Below are positions 46,992-56,547 of a stretch of 64,000 nt of DNA, in pieces. Position numbers and translations under genes: made by a program. The notes below the pieces were generated by a model. It made no database searches and was not told the origin of the DNA. It worked only from the letters and a program-made list of their open reading frames with translations. The stretch is from a virus. The stretch is taken from the IMG/VR virus record IMGVR_UViG_2912844605_000003; one strand, 5' to 3'. Every line of letters begins with the position of its first letter. The stretch's first letter is position 1.

Positions 46992-47465
46992 ATGTCAATT
47001 AATTTAGATAAGAAAATCGCTATTAAAAATTTGTGTTCGTGGGATTTATATTTCAAAAAATTAGAAAGCCATGGAGATTTCCGTTTACCTGCTAATGGCA
47101 TTCGTCAAATTACAGTAGGTGAAGTTCAGTCTCAAGTTTTTGATAATGTTAAAATGTTTGTAGGTACAGATGGTCAAGGGTCACATGCGAAAATTTTCAT
47201 TGATGATAAAGAAACTAGGGTTCACCTTGGGTTTGAAGCTGCTGAAAATGACAGTGAGCAAGAAGTAATCACACCTGAAAGAATTAAGCAAATTTTAGCT
47301 TATAAAACTCAGAAAACATTTGAAGAAAATGTAACTAAAGATATCAAACTAGAATCCGAAAAAGCTCAGTTATTTGAAATTGCTAAGAAAGAAAAAGTAA
47401 ATGATTATAAAAAGATCAAGTTTATCGAAGAGTTTACTGGTTTTAAGTTTGATACAGAATCATAA
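46992..47465 (+). CDS. Head-associated hypothetical protein (YonA-like)
   Basis: ATG behind GGAGGG; 157 aa. Confidence 0.65.
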   Translation: MSINLDKKIAIKNLCSWDLYFKKLESHGDFRLPANGIRQITVGEVQSQVFDNVKMFVGTDGQGSHAKIFIDDKETRVHLGFEAAENDSEQEVITPERIKQILAYKTQKTFEENVTKDIKLESEKAQLFEIAKKEKVNDYKKIKFIEEFTGFKFDTES

Positions 47466-47473
47466 GGAGTGAT

Positions 47474-47863
47474 TTGATGACGCCTTATGAAAAAATTATC
47501 AATGTTTTTCATTCTTTGTTTCAATCGAATGAAGTATTGCCGGAGGGTCTTGAAAAACAGTTTCTGATTAATGCTATTAGCGATTACGAAACAGATCTCA
47601 CAGATCTTGGTTTTCATGAAGAAACTAATACGTTTGATGTCTCACTTTCAAGAGCTCAAACCCAATTACTCGGAATGCTTATGTACAGAGGATATTTAGG
47701 CAGATACAGAGATAGAGCTCTCAAGTTAAATAACGTAATTGGACGCGATATTCAATTAACAGGCTTAGCAAACACAAAAGCACAAGTAAATAGAGCATAT
47801 GAGAGCTTGTGTGATGATATTGATCAAAAAATTAGCAAGCTTAAAACCAATAATTTCGAGTGA
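47474..47863 (+). CDS. yomZ: Head-tail connector-like protein
   Basis: 128-129 aa; position after the capsid genes. Confidence 0.65.
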   Translation: MMTPYEKIINVFHSLFQSNEVLPEGLEKQFLINAISDYETDLTDLGFHEETNTFDVSLSRAQTQLLGMLMYRGYLGRYRDRALKLNNVIGRDIQLTGLANTKAQVNRAYESLCDDIDQKISKLKTNNFE

Positions 47864-47872
47864 GGTGCTTAG

Positions 47873-48535
47873 ATGTCAATAGATTGGTACCTTTCTTCCT
47901 CCTCGAATTATTTAAGTGGCTGGGAAAATGATGAGTTTAATACAAACAAATATGAAATATTTAAAGAAATTCTTGCGAATTCACCCGAAACTTATGATAT
48001 TGAGCTCAATCATAAGCCTCAACAGGTAATTATCCAAACAACCCAAGACAGTGAAACTAAAAAAGTACTTACCGTTTTAGGATTGCTTAATCGAGGCGAC
48101 TTGATTAAATATGATGATAGTTATTGGATTGTTAATTCAAGACCTACAGATAATAAAATGAACGATAGTGCTACTATCAGACTTTGTAACACCTCATTTT
48201 TTCTAACCTCAGAAGACAAGTTAATCGATACTGGAAAAATTAACGAAATCACCGGTAAGCCAATTTATGAAAAAGTACCTGGTGAAAAAACTGAAGTCCC
48301 CTGCATATTCGAAAGGACAACTTCAATAAACGGCACTGAATTGGCTGTAAATCTTCCAGATGGTCAAGCAAATATTACAATTCCTTATCTTGTTCATGAA
48401 AAATTAAAAATCGGACTTACCCTCACCTTCTTTGGCGAAGATTATCAAGTCGATGATATAGACTTTTCTAAAGTTTATGGAGACCACGGAACAATAAAAT
48501 TGGTTGCCAAAAAGAAAGTTGGTGAAAAGACATGA
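47873..48535 (+). CDS. yomX: Neck/head-closure-like protein
   Basis: 220 aa; GAGGTG RBS; synteny. Confidence 0.7.
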   Translation: MSIDWYLSSSSNYLSGWENDEFNTNKYEIFKEILANSPETYDIELNHKPQQVIIQTTQDSETKKVLTVLGLLNRGDLIKYDDSYWIVNSRPTDNKMNDSATIRLCNTSFFLTSEDKLIDTGKINEITGKPIYEKVPGEKTEVPCIFERTTSINGTELAVNLPDGQANITIPYLVHEKLKIGLTLTFFGEDYQVDDIDFSKVYGDHGTIKLVAKKKVGEKT

Positions 48536-49038
48536 GCATGACTGTTGAACAGATGACAAAAATCTTCAGATTGGTTATGGATGATGTTGAACTGAATCGG
48601 CTCTTATATTACAAAACTGATCCTCTCTCCCCTTCTCATCCAGATGTTCAATCACTCGAAAATTATTATGACTCCACAAATGACTCTCCCGCTATAATCA
48701 ATACCATATTCAAGCGAGCACCTAAAACAGATGATCTATCGGATTCACCATTATGTAGGATGTGTGTTTATTTAGGGAATGCATTGCCTAAGCCGACAAA
48801 TCAAAGCTTTATGTTATTAAATCAAGATTTGATGATCGATGTATACACACACATTAATACATTTGAGATATCTGAGTATCGAAGTTTGAAAATCATCGAC
48901 AGGGTTTCAAAATTGTTTTTCAATAAAAATATTGCTGGTTTTGGTGTCACAGTAGATTATAGACGTTTGCTTATAAGTAATCCTCCTGACGGATACCTGG
49001 GCTACAAGATGATCTTTACTTTTGGAGCAAGCAAATGA
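48532..49038 (+). CDS. yomW: Tail terminator-like protein
   Basis: 168 aa; synteny and size. Confidence 0.75.
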   Translation: MSMTVEQMTKIFRLVMDDVELNRLLYYKTDPLSPSHPDVQSLENYYDSTNDSPAIINTIFKRAPKTDDLSDSPLCRMCVYLGNALPKPTNQSFMLLNQDLMIDVYTHINTFEISEYRSLKIIDRVSKLFFNKNIAGFGVTVDYRRLLISNPPDGYLGYKMIFTFGASK

Positions 49039-49745
49039 ATGAGTTAAAGGATTTCTTTTTCTTGGGAAAACCGATCCAGACTGAAATAGGTGAGATTGAT
49101 TTCATCCGCTTAAAAGATTATCCTCTCTACACCAAAGAACTAAGCATGTTGAGGATGAATAAGAAAAGTCTCATTAAAGAATATTCAAGGTTTAATGAGG
49201 ATGGCTCGCTTGACCCATTTATTATTGAAATGAAAAAGAGAGATCTTTATGAAATTGTACATTCGGTACTCCCTGATTTTCACGAGGCTTATTTCAAAGT
49301 TTTTTCAAAAGTATTGATAAACAAGGATTCCCTATCATTGATTGGAAAACATAATTTTCCGCATCTCAGAAAACTAATACTAGACATGCATTGTATCACT
49401 GAAGACAAGGTCGTTGACAATGATGAACTTCAGGAGTTCCACGATATAAGTAAATCACTCAAGCAACAAGATTCTCAAAGTGATTTAAAGGATATAGTAA
49501 GCTGTGTTGCTGCATTTAACGGATACACATATGAAGAAATATCTGAAATGACAATGTATCAACTATATTTGTCGTTCTACAGGATGGCTGAAGTAATGAA
49601 TTATAACACAACCACACTTTTTGCTACTGTCTCTCCTGATGTCAAAGTAAGTGATTGGAGCAGTCACATTAATCTTTACAAGGAAGAGTCTTATCACCTG
49701 AGCACTAGAGATGCTAAAAATATCGAGCAATTATTTGGAGGCTAA
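49035..49745 (+). CDS. yomV: Virion morphogenesis protein
   Basis: 236 aa; synteny and size. Confidence 0.75.
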   Translation: MNELKDFFFLGKPIQTEIGEIDFIRLKDYPLYTKELSMLRMNKKSLIKEYSRFNEDGSLDPFIIEMKKRDLYEIVHSVLPDFHEAYFKVFSKVLINKDSLSLIGKHNFPHLRKLILDMHCITEDKVVDNDELQEFHDISKSLKQQDSQSDLKDIVSCVAAFNGYTYEEISEMTMYQLYLSFYRMAEVMNYNTTTLFATVSPDVKVSDWSSHINLYKEESYHLSTRDAKNIEQLFGG

Positions 49746-49787
49746 TTAACTTTAGTCTCTTTTTATTTTTATTTAGGAGGAAACAAT

Positions 49788-50585
49788 TTGGCAAAACAAA
49801 CAGTAATCCATGAAGTTGGAAAAATTACAGCTAAACGTCTGAGCGATAATAAGGTTATTGCTTCAGGTGTTACACAAATGACTCAGTTTTCCCAACAAGT
49901 TCAACAAGACTTTTTAAAAGGCGGATGGGGTAACCGAGACCTGTATGTTATTAATTCAAGTAAAGAAGTATCGGGTAATGTCCGAAATGCTTTCTTTGAT
50001 CTTGATTTCATGGCAATGCAGCAAGGCGTAAAAATTGAAAACGAAACAATTTCTGTGTGGGAAGATGAAAGCTTAACAGTTAGTGATACCGGTACGGTTA
50101 CTCTTTCTTATCTCCCATTGTCTAAAGTTTCATTAACTAACGAAGATGGAGATCAAATTGAAGTTGACGCTGCATCTAAAATAGTTACTGTGCCTGATAC
50201 CTTTGCAACCAAGGGTGAAGCTTTAGCAGTTCATTATCAAATTGAAGTTGAAGCCGAGACTGTTGAAATTAACGGTGAAAAATTCTCTGAGAATTACTAC
50301 TTTGAAATTCACACAATTGAATACGATCCTAAAACTTCAAAAATCTACAGTGACCTTTATATTCAGCTCCCTAAAGTAAACTTCTCTGGTGAAGCAGATA
50401 TGTCGTTTGAAGCAGGAAATGCATATACTCCGGAAATCGGCTATCGAGCCCTTGCTGATAATAACGGAAAAATCGGTAACTTTGCTCGTGTGAAACGTAA
50501 AGCTGATGGGACAAAGGGCGTTGTCACTAGTGATGAAGGAACTGGCTCATCTCAAAGTTCAGATCTTGGCGGAACAACTGAATAA
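49788..50585 (+). CDS. yomU: Major tail tube protein
   Basis: 265 aa; AGGAGG RBS; tail-tube-like motifs. Confidence 0.8.
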   Translation: MAKQTVIHEVGKITAKRLSDNKVIASGVTQMTQFSQQVQQDFLKGGWGNRDLYVINSSKEVSGNVRNAFFDLDFMAMQQGVKIENETISVWEDESLTVSDTGTVTLSYLPLSKVSLTNEDGDQIEVDAASKIVTVPDTFATKGEALAVHYQIEVEAETVEINGEKFSENYYFEIHTIEYDPKTSKIYSDLYIQLPKVNFSGEADMSFEAGNAYTPEIGYRALADNNGKIGNFARVKRKADGTKGVVTSDEGTGSSQSSDLGGTTE

Positions 50586-50602
50586 TTAAGGAGGCGTTTA
50601 TT

Positions 50603-51214
50603 ATTGCTTTTTTAAACCAGGACGGTGATAAATACACCTCTGCAAAAGATGATGGGACAGGTAATCCCATAACAGCTGTATCAATTGAACGTTCCACTGT
50701 CCCCTTGGAGGTTGGTCTCAATAATGACCAGCCTCTTAATGTTAATGTGGCCAACACTGCACTTGATGTAAATATAACTAATACGGCTTCTGTCCCTGTT
50801 TTGGTTAAAAACACTGCAGCAATTAAAACCCAAGTTCAAAAATCCTATTCTGAATTTGTTGTTACTGATGCTGATACCGTAGCTACAGGTGCAACTAAGT
50901 CTTATACAGTTGATCTAATCGATTCACTTGGTGTTTTCAGAACTTACGGTGTTGCTATGTACACAACTCAAACAGACAGCTCAAACAGCAAAGTTTTAGC
51001 AAGTATTTATTCCGTACCGAAAAACATCCCATTTTATTCTGCAACTACATCAGGTAATGATAATTCTGTTCTATTCAACAGCATTGCTTTTGTTCAGAAT
51101 TACCCTTTACAAAAACAATTAACTTTCACTGCTCCAAAAATACATCTGACAGTTAAAGCAGCCGGTACAGTTGATCTAACTGGGTTAAAAATCGTTGTTT
51201 GGGGGATGGAATAA
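50603..51214 (+). CDS. youA: YouA-like tail-associated protein with a non-canonical ATT start
   Basis: AAGGAGG 8 nt before an in-frame ATT; gives 203 aa (MAFLNQDGDKYTSAKDDG...). Confidence 0.7.
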   Translation: MAFLNQDGDKYTSAKDDGTGNPITAVSIERSTVPLEVGLNNDQPLNVNVANTALDVNITNTASVPVLVKNTAAIKTQVQKSYSEFVVTDADTVATGATKSYTVDLIDSLGVFRTYGVAMYTTQTDSSNSKVLASIYSVPKNIPFYSATTSGNDNSVLFNSIAFVQNYPLQKQLTFTAPKIHLTVKAAGTVDLTGLKIVVWGME

Positions 51215-51441
51215 TGACATTTGATGAAGTGTGTGGTCTGTTCAAACAATTTGATGGTTTGGAACAAAAATTCCTATTGCTATCAGATGGATCCTATATC
51301 AGTGTTGATGATTTCAAGCAACGGTTTGAAGGCGACTTCAATGAATACGAACCTTTAAGTTCGCTTCAGTCATCCCCTTCTTCTACCCCAGCTTGGGAAG
51401 GTATATGGAATAAGCTACAAGAGGATGGGCTTTTTGAATAA
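51214..51441 (+). CDS. yomT: YomT-like protein
   Basis: 75 aa from the ATG overlapping the upstream stop. Confidence 0.75.
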   Translation: MTFDEVCGLFKQFDGLEQKFLLLSDGSYISVDDFKQRFEGDFNEYEPLSSLQSSPSSTPAWEGIWNKLQEDGLFE

Positions 51442-51495
51442 GTCCTCCCCTCTTGTTTTTCTAGATAAAAGACAGTTTTTATTCAAATTAAGGAG

Positions 51496-51864
51496 GTGGA
51501 GTTGTTGACAGAAACGACTGAAAATGTCGTAATCACGATTCCAGACAAAACTTCATTTACTTTTCACGACTCTGCAACAACCGCATCTGAAGGTGAAGAA
51601 TTTGTAGTGGGTCATTTTCGGGAACTTACTGTTAAGATCTCTGGTTCCTCTACTTCTAGGGAATTAAAATTCTTTTCTATTGATGAAAATGGTGAAAAAA
51701 CAGAGTTGGGAGCAACGAACAAAACAGACTTCCAATTAGGAACAGGTACTCTAAGTACCAATGAGAATTGGGATATTGATATCGCTGGTCTGTATAAAAT
51801 TATGGTTGAACTGATCTCAGTTAGTGGCGGAGATGTTACAGTGAAAGGAATTGCAGTTAGCTAA
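51496..51864 (+). CDS. yomS: YomS-like protein
   Basis: About 119 aa; likely TTG 51505 behind AAGGAGGTG. Confidence 0.75.
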   Translation: MELLTETTENVVITIPDKTSFTFHDSATTASEGEEFVVGHFRELTVKISGSSTSRELKFFSIDENGEKTELGATNKTDFQLGTGTLSTNENWDIDIAGLYKIMVELISVSGGDVTVKGIAVS

Positions 51865-52922
51865 TGAGTAGCAGCAAATTTGTAGGACAACTTAAACAAA
51901 ACAACATACAAATCAACAATCTTAAAGATTCCCTATCACGTACTGAAAAACATATGACTGATTATGAAAAAGAATTGTCTAATGAGATTAATTCGTTTAT
52001 GGAAAGACAAAATTTCGAGCTTAAATCGCACACTGAAGATATAAACAATCCTCACAAGGTGACTAAAACACAAATCGGCCTCGATAAAGTTTTAAATGTG
52101 GAACAAGCTTCAAAAACAGAGTTTGACTTACATGCCTCAAACATTGAAAATCCGCATAATGTCACAGCTGCTCAAATTGGACTTAGTAATGTTCTAAATG
52201 AAAAGCAAGCTACAAAAGTTGAATTTGATGATCACGTTAAAAATTTATCTAATCCCCATTCTGTAACAAAAGAGCAGATAGGATTAGGGAATGTCACTAA
52301 TGTTGAACAAGCCAGTAAAACTAATTTTGACAATCATGCGTCTGATAAAACTATTCATGTTTCAGAGGATGATCGAAACAAATGGAATACTGCCGAGGAT
52401 AATGCCAAAGGCTATACAGATGAACACGCTAGTCGAAAAGATAATCCGCACGGCGTGACAAAAGTCCAAATCGGATTAGGTAACGTTAAAGATGTTGAAC
52501 AAGCATCATTGACCGACTTTAATGCTCATAATTCTAATTCTATTCGCCACATTACCGCAGATGAACGTTCAAAATGGAATTCTAACCTTAGCTCAGAGTC
52601 ATTTAATAAAGCAGTCTGGTCTAATATTACATTACAAAATGGAGCAACCGCTGGCACCCGTACTCCTATATATTCTAAATGGGGCAACTTACTGTTAATC
52701 AGAGGACATATCGTAACATCAGCAGACATTATTTTTGGCACAATCCCAACAACTGCTGTACCAATTGGTGGCTCTGTAAATCTAGTTCCAATCAGCGGTA
52801 CTGGCGGAAGTGCAGGATTAATTATCTATGATACTGGAGAAATGAAAATAAAATATCCAACACCAACTGATTCCTCAAAAGTTGCAGGTTATTATTTGGA
52901 TATTGCTGTTCCGCTACAGTAA
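51864..52922 (+). CDS. yomR: Tail fibre-like protein with NPH repeats
   Basis: Coiled coil, ~34-aa NPHxVTxxQIGL repeats and a C-terminal beta domain. Confidence 0.8.
   Translation: MSSSKFVGQLKQNNIQINNLKDSLSRTEKHMTDYEKELSNEINSFMERQNFELKSHTEDINNPHKVTKTQIGLDKVLNVEQASKTEFDLHASNIENPHNVTAAQIGLSNVLNEKQATKVEFDDHVKNLSNPHSVTKEQIGLGNVTNVEQASKTNFDNHASDKTIHVSEDDRNKWNTAEDNAKGYTDEHASRKDNPHGVTKVQIGLGNVKDVEQASLTDFNAHNSNSIRHITADERSKWNSNLSSESFNKAVWSNITLQNGATAGTRTPIYSKWGNLLLIRGHIVTSADIIFGTIPTTAVPIGGSVNLVPISGTGGSAGLIIYDTGEMKIKYPTPTDSSKVAGYYLDIAVPLQ
52047..52580 (+). repeat. Intragenic tandem ~102-bp repeats (NPHxVTxxQIGLxNV..EQAS) in yomR
   Basis: Four NPH units plus two IH[VI]xxxxRxKWN units visible in the translation. 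Confidence 0.85.
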
Positions 52923-52939
52923 ACAGCAAGGAGGTTAAA

Positions 52940-53230
52940 ATGGTACAAGTCTATAGATATGATGAAGATTTCATATTTGAAAAACCTATCCTAATTGAAG
53001 ATGTAAATGAAGGGGATGAGTTTCTTCTTCCAGAGCGTTGCACAGAAATCCAACCTCCTTCTTTTTTTAAAGCAAAGTTTGATATTAACAAACAAGAATG
53101 GTTCGAGTCTGCTACCCAGGAGTACATCGATAGCCTAACACCTCTAACTCCTGTTCCAACAGATTTGGACAAAGTAAAGCAACATTTGGGTGACTTGACA
53201 TTTCAACTCATGATGGGAGGCTTTATTTAA
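52940..53230 (+). CDS. Tail fibre assembly chaperone (YomQ-like)
   Basis: VYRYDEDFIF...LPERCTEIQPP..FKAKFD...W motif typical of fibre chaperones. Confidence 0.7.
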   Translation: MVQVYRYDEDFIFEKPILIEDVNEGDEFLLPERCTEIQPPSFFKAKFDINKQEWFESATQEYIDSLTPLTPVPTDLDKVKQHLGDLTFQLMMGGFI

Positions 53231-53382
53231 TGAATTGGTACGCTATAATTAAGGATTATTACAATGATGGAAACGGGGTTTGGGACGAATACCGAGTTAA
53301 GCAAGCTGTTATCAAAGGAAAAATCACACCGGAAGAATACAGAGAAATAACCGGAAAAGATTACATTGAAGACGAGATGTAA
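53230..53382 (+). CDS. XkdX family small protein (YomP-like)
   Basis: MNWYAIIKDYYNDG...VKQAVIKGKITPEEYREITG; XkdX signature. Confidence 0.8.
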   Translation: MNWYAIIKDYYNDGNGVWDEYRVKQAVIKGKITPEEYREITGKDYIEDEM

Positions 53383-53400
53383 ATGTGATAATTTGTATTT

Positions 53401-54240
53401 ATGAATATATTAAAAAACTTAATAATTGTATTTCTAATCTTCCTAGGCGGATGTTCCACCACTTCCCACTCTTCTATTAAAGGGTCGGCAAAAACTGAAA
53501 ATCCTCCCATTAGTAATTACAACCCACTGATTATTGCTCACAGAGGAGCGTCTGGTTTAGAACCAGAACATACCGTATTATCTTACAAACGAGCAATTAA
53601 AGATAAGGCAGATTTTATAGAAATTGACCTGAGACAAACTAAAGATGGCAAGTTAGTCGCAATACATGATAAGGATGTTGAAAGAACAACTAATGGAAAA
53701 GGAAAAGTACAGGAACTGACTTTGTCACAATTGAAAAAATTCAATGCAGGTAAAGGGCAAAAAATATTAACAATTGAAGAGATTATCAAAGAATTTGGTC
53801 TCTCGACCAATTATTACATTGAAACCAGAGAAGATAATAATGGCAATTTAGTAATGGAACAGGAACTTGTCGATATACTGAACAAATATAACTTAATCGC
53901 TAAACATAAAGTTGTCTTACAGTCTTTTAGCGAAAAGAGTTTAAAGAAGTTACACTCAATAAATAAAGATATTCCCCTTGTTCGTCTAATTGGTGATGAA
54001 GAGGTGAAAAGTTTAACAAGGGATACTCTAAAAGATATCAAAAAATATGCTTATGCAGTTGGCCCTAACGCTAAATTAGTTGATGAGTCAGTTGTAAAGA
54101 GAGTCCACGATGCAAATCTAAAAATACATGTGTTCTTTGATGCAGAAAATGAGAGAAAGCTAACCAAGAAAATGCTTGGTTTAAAGGTTGATGGATTGTT
54201 TACCAATGATCCAGCTTATACTCTAAACGAGCTAAAATAA
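53401..54240 (+). CDS. Glycerophosphodiester phosphodiesterase (GlpQ-like) lipoprotein
   Basis: Lipobox LGGC; IIAHRGAS, EHT, IEIDL, AIHD, IETR, QSF and GLFTNDP GDPD motifs. Confidence 0.92.
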   Translation: MNILKNLIIVFLIFLGGCSTTSHSSIKGSAKTENPPISNYNPLIIAHRGASGLEPEHTVLSYKRAIKDKADFIEIDLRQTKDGKLVAIHDKDVERTTNGKGKVQELTLSQLKKFNAGKGQKILTIEEIIKEFGLSTNYYIETREDNNGNLVMEQELVDILNKYNLIAKHKVVLQSFSEKSLKKLHSINKDIPLVRLIGDEEVKSLTRDTLKDIKKYAYAVGPNAKLVDESVVKRVHDANLKIHVFFDAENERKLTKKMLGLKVDGLFTNDPAYTLNELK

Positions 54241-54259
54241 AATCATATTGAAGTTTTCC

Positions 54260-54288
54260 AAGACACCCCTTCTTGCGGGTGTCTTTTG
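54260..54288 (+). terminator. Terminator after the GDPD gene
   Basis: AAGACACCC-8 nt-GGGTGTCTT followed by TT. Confidence 0.8.
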
Positions 54289-54318
54289 TTATGAAGAGGA
54301 TAAAAAGGAGGAAATAAA

Positions 54319-54807
54319 ATGGCATCAAAAAAGTTGAACTTGGGATTAATCGAGGAAAGCGTCAGTAAATATGACAAGAAAGAAAAAGTCCAATTAACTG
54401 ATGAGGCGCATGTGTTTATTTATCCACACTTCTCCCCTTCTCGGTTAACAAAAATGTTAACAGGATTGATTTCAGATCCACAAGAAGCAAAAGAAGCAGG
54501 GTTTAAATCCTTCAAGGATATAAATCAAGCTCACTGGGCATTCTTCTCACTAATCAAAGAATTTACAGATTTGGGCATTCCAAATGACATTAAAAATAAA
54601 GTCAAATGGTATCTTAAACTGGTAGACTCAGAGTATTTCCCTTTGATTATTAAAAGTTTCCCTAAAGAAAGTCTAGAGAAGCTGGGAAAGGCCACTATGA
54701 TGTTGCAACAAAACATAGATGAGTTATCAAAAAAATCTCAGGAAGAAGCTAATAATCTTATCCTTCAGAAAGTAGAAGAAATTGAAGATAGCACTGACTT
54801 GCAATAA
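54319..54807 (+). CDS. yomO: Tail assembly chaperone-like protein
   Basis: 162 aa; AAAGGAGG RBS; synteny. Confidence 0.75.
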   Translation: MASKKLNLGLIEESVSKYDKKEKVQLTDEAHVFIYPHFSPSRLTKMLTGLISDPQEAKEAGFKSFKDINQAHWAFFSLIKEFTDLGIPNDIKNKVKWYLKLVDSEYFPLIIKSFPKESLEKLGKATMMLQQNIDELSKKSQEEANNLILQKVEEIEDSTDLQ

Positions 54808-55226
54808 TGGCGAAAAATATAAAGGAAATTAAAGTAATGATTGAGAAAGCTGCCATTCAGTCTATACATAAGTCTTCCTCCAATGTTAAGCAAATCATGA
54901 TGAAAACTGGTCAAGATCAGGTTGAAGAGGATGTTTATGGCGCCTATAGTCCCCTACTCTATGAACGCACAGGAAACCTTAAAGGCGCTTTTACAACTAA
55001 TAATGAAAGTAATGGTATCTCATTAGACAATACCAGAGAAGATGAAGGAAAAGATGTTGCAACAGTCATTGAAACTGGAAAGGGCTATACATATCCAGAT
55101 TTATATGGTTATGGCTACGGGAAACCTCGTCCTTTTATGAAGAATACTGCCGAGACTCTAAAAGATGGACGATTAACAGAGGCATTAAAAAGTGATTTAA
55201 AAGCAGACGGAATTAAAACGTACTAA
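54807..55226 (+). CDS. yomN: Tail completion-like protein (HK97 gp10-like)
   Basis: 139 aa; RTGNL and PRPFM motifs. Confidence 0.75.
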   Translation: MAKNIKEIKVMIEKAAIQSIHKSSSNVKQIMMKTGQDQVEEDVYGAYSPLLYERTGNLKGAFTTNNESNGISLDNTREDEGKDVATVIETGKGYTYPDLYGYGYGKPRPFMKNTAETLKDGRLTEALKSDLKADGIKTY

Positions 55227-55239
55227 TGGCGGTGAATTA

Positions 55240-56241
55240 ATGACCAAATCAATTGAAAAGAATATGCTCAGGTCTCGAGCAACAAAGCTTCCCGAGGTCA
55301 CGGAATCAATGTGGGAGCAAGTTGACGAGGAACATAGAAACTTAGTTCAAGAGTTTTTAGATGCACACTCGTTTAGAGATAAAACACGAAAACAATATTA
55401 CTCCTCCCTTCGTCAATTCTTTTGGTGGGTACATACCTCTCTTAACGGCAAAAAACTTTATAAGATCTCAAAACGTGATTTCATTAGGTATCAAAGTTTC
55501 TTAAAAAATCGTGGAATGTCTTCCAGTGGGATTGCATTAAAAAAAGCTGGTGTATCTTCATTAAACAACTATATTGAAAATGTTGTTGCAGAAGATGATG
55601 AGAATTATGAGAAATTCAGAAACTTCACCCGTGGACTCCCAGCTATTCCAAAAACCACAACATATGAAAAAGTAAAGGTTACATATGATGATTACAAGCT
55701 AATGATGGACGCCCTAAAAGAGGACGAAAATTATTTAGGAATGGCCTGGCTTGCCACAGCTTTCAATGTTGGCGGGCGAAGAGCAGAACTCATACAGCTT
55801 AAAACAGAAATATTAGATTATCCTATCCCCGAAGGTCAGTCATATGTGATGAGTCATAAGGTATTTGGAAAAGGTAAAGGTGAAGGAAAGCCTCTTGAGT
55901 ACATGATTAACACAGAAGCATTGGAGTACCTTCGATTGTGGCATGAAAAACGCGGTTATGATCATGAATACCTCTTTACTACTCAGTATGGCGGAGAGCC
56001 TAAACAGATGTCAGAGTCTTGGGCTGATTATTTTTGCTCGGACGTTTTATCAGACATTCTTGGCCGGCGTATTAACCCTCACCTCTTCAAAGCTTCATGC
56101 ATCACTTATCTCCTAGAAGTTAAGAAAATCAAAATTGAATTGATAAGTAAATATGTAGCTCATCATGAAGATGTCTCAACAACAATTAAACATTATGATT
56201 TACGGGATTTTGAAGAAGAAAAGAATCAAATATTTGTTTAG
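55240..56241 (+). CDS. yomM: Tyrosine recombinase-like protein
   Basis: 333 aa; GGRRAEL, NPHLFK and AHHEDVSTTIKHY motifs. Confidence 0.9.
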   Translation: MTKSIEKNMLRSRATKLPEVTESMWEQVDEEHRNLVQEFLDAHSFRDKTRKQYYSSLRQFFWWVHTSLNGKKLYKISKRDFIRYQSFLKNRGMSSSGIALKKAGVSSLNNYIENVVAEDDENYEKFRNFTRGLPAIPKTTTYEKVKVTYDDYKLMMDALKEDENYLGMAWLATAFNVGGRRAELIQLKTEILDYPIPEGQSYVMSHKVFGKGKGEGKPLEYMINTEALEYLRLWHEKRGYDHEYLFTTQYGGEPKQMSESWADYFCSDVLSDILGRRINPHLFKASCITYLLEVKKIKIELISKYVAHHEDVSTTIKHYDLRDFEEEKNQIFV

Positions 56242-56376
56242 TTAAAATCCCTCTTTTATGCAAAATCAAGATCCTTCATTTGAGGGATTTTGCTTATGCT
56301 GTAAAAATTGAACTTTCTATTTTTCTTTTCTCCAAGTTGCAAGGATGGTATAATTTTCATAAAGGAGATGAAGGCT

Positions 56377-56547
56377 ATGGCAACTGATATGAGAATTAAA
56401 CCAGTTGTGACAGGGAAGGATGCAGAAAGATTCTTAGAAAGAGTCAAAAGAAATAATGAAAGAATCGAAGCTAGAAGAGCGAAAAGAAAAGCGATGATGA
56501 ATAGGGTACCGTATGGAAAACAAGAAAATCGACTTGTCAAAAATTAA
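56377..56547 (+). CDS. 56-aa basic peptide, candidate minimal antitoxin
   Basis: AAGGAG RBS; extended -10 TGGTATAAT upstream; MATDMRIKPVVTGKDAERFLERVKRNNERIEARRAKRKAMMNRVPYGKQENRLVKN; overlaps the GNAT start. Confidence 0.65.
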   Translation: MATDMRIKPVVTGKDAERFLERVKRNNERIEARRAKRKAMMNRVPYGKQENRLVKN

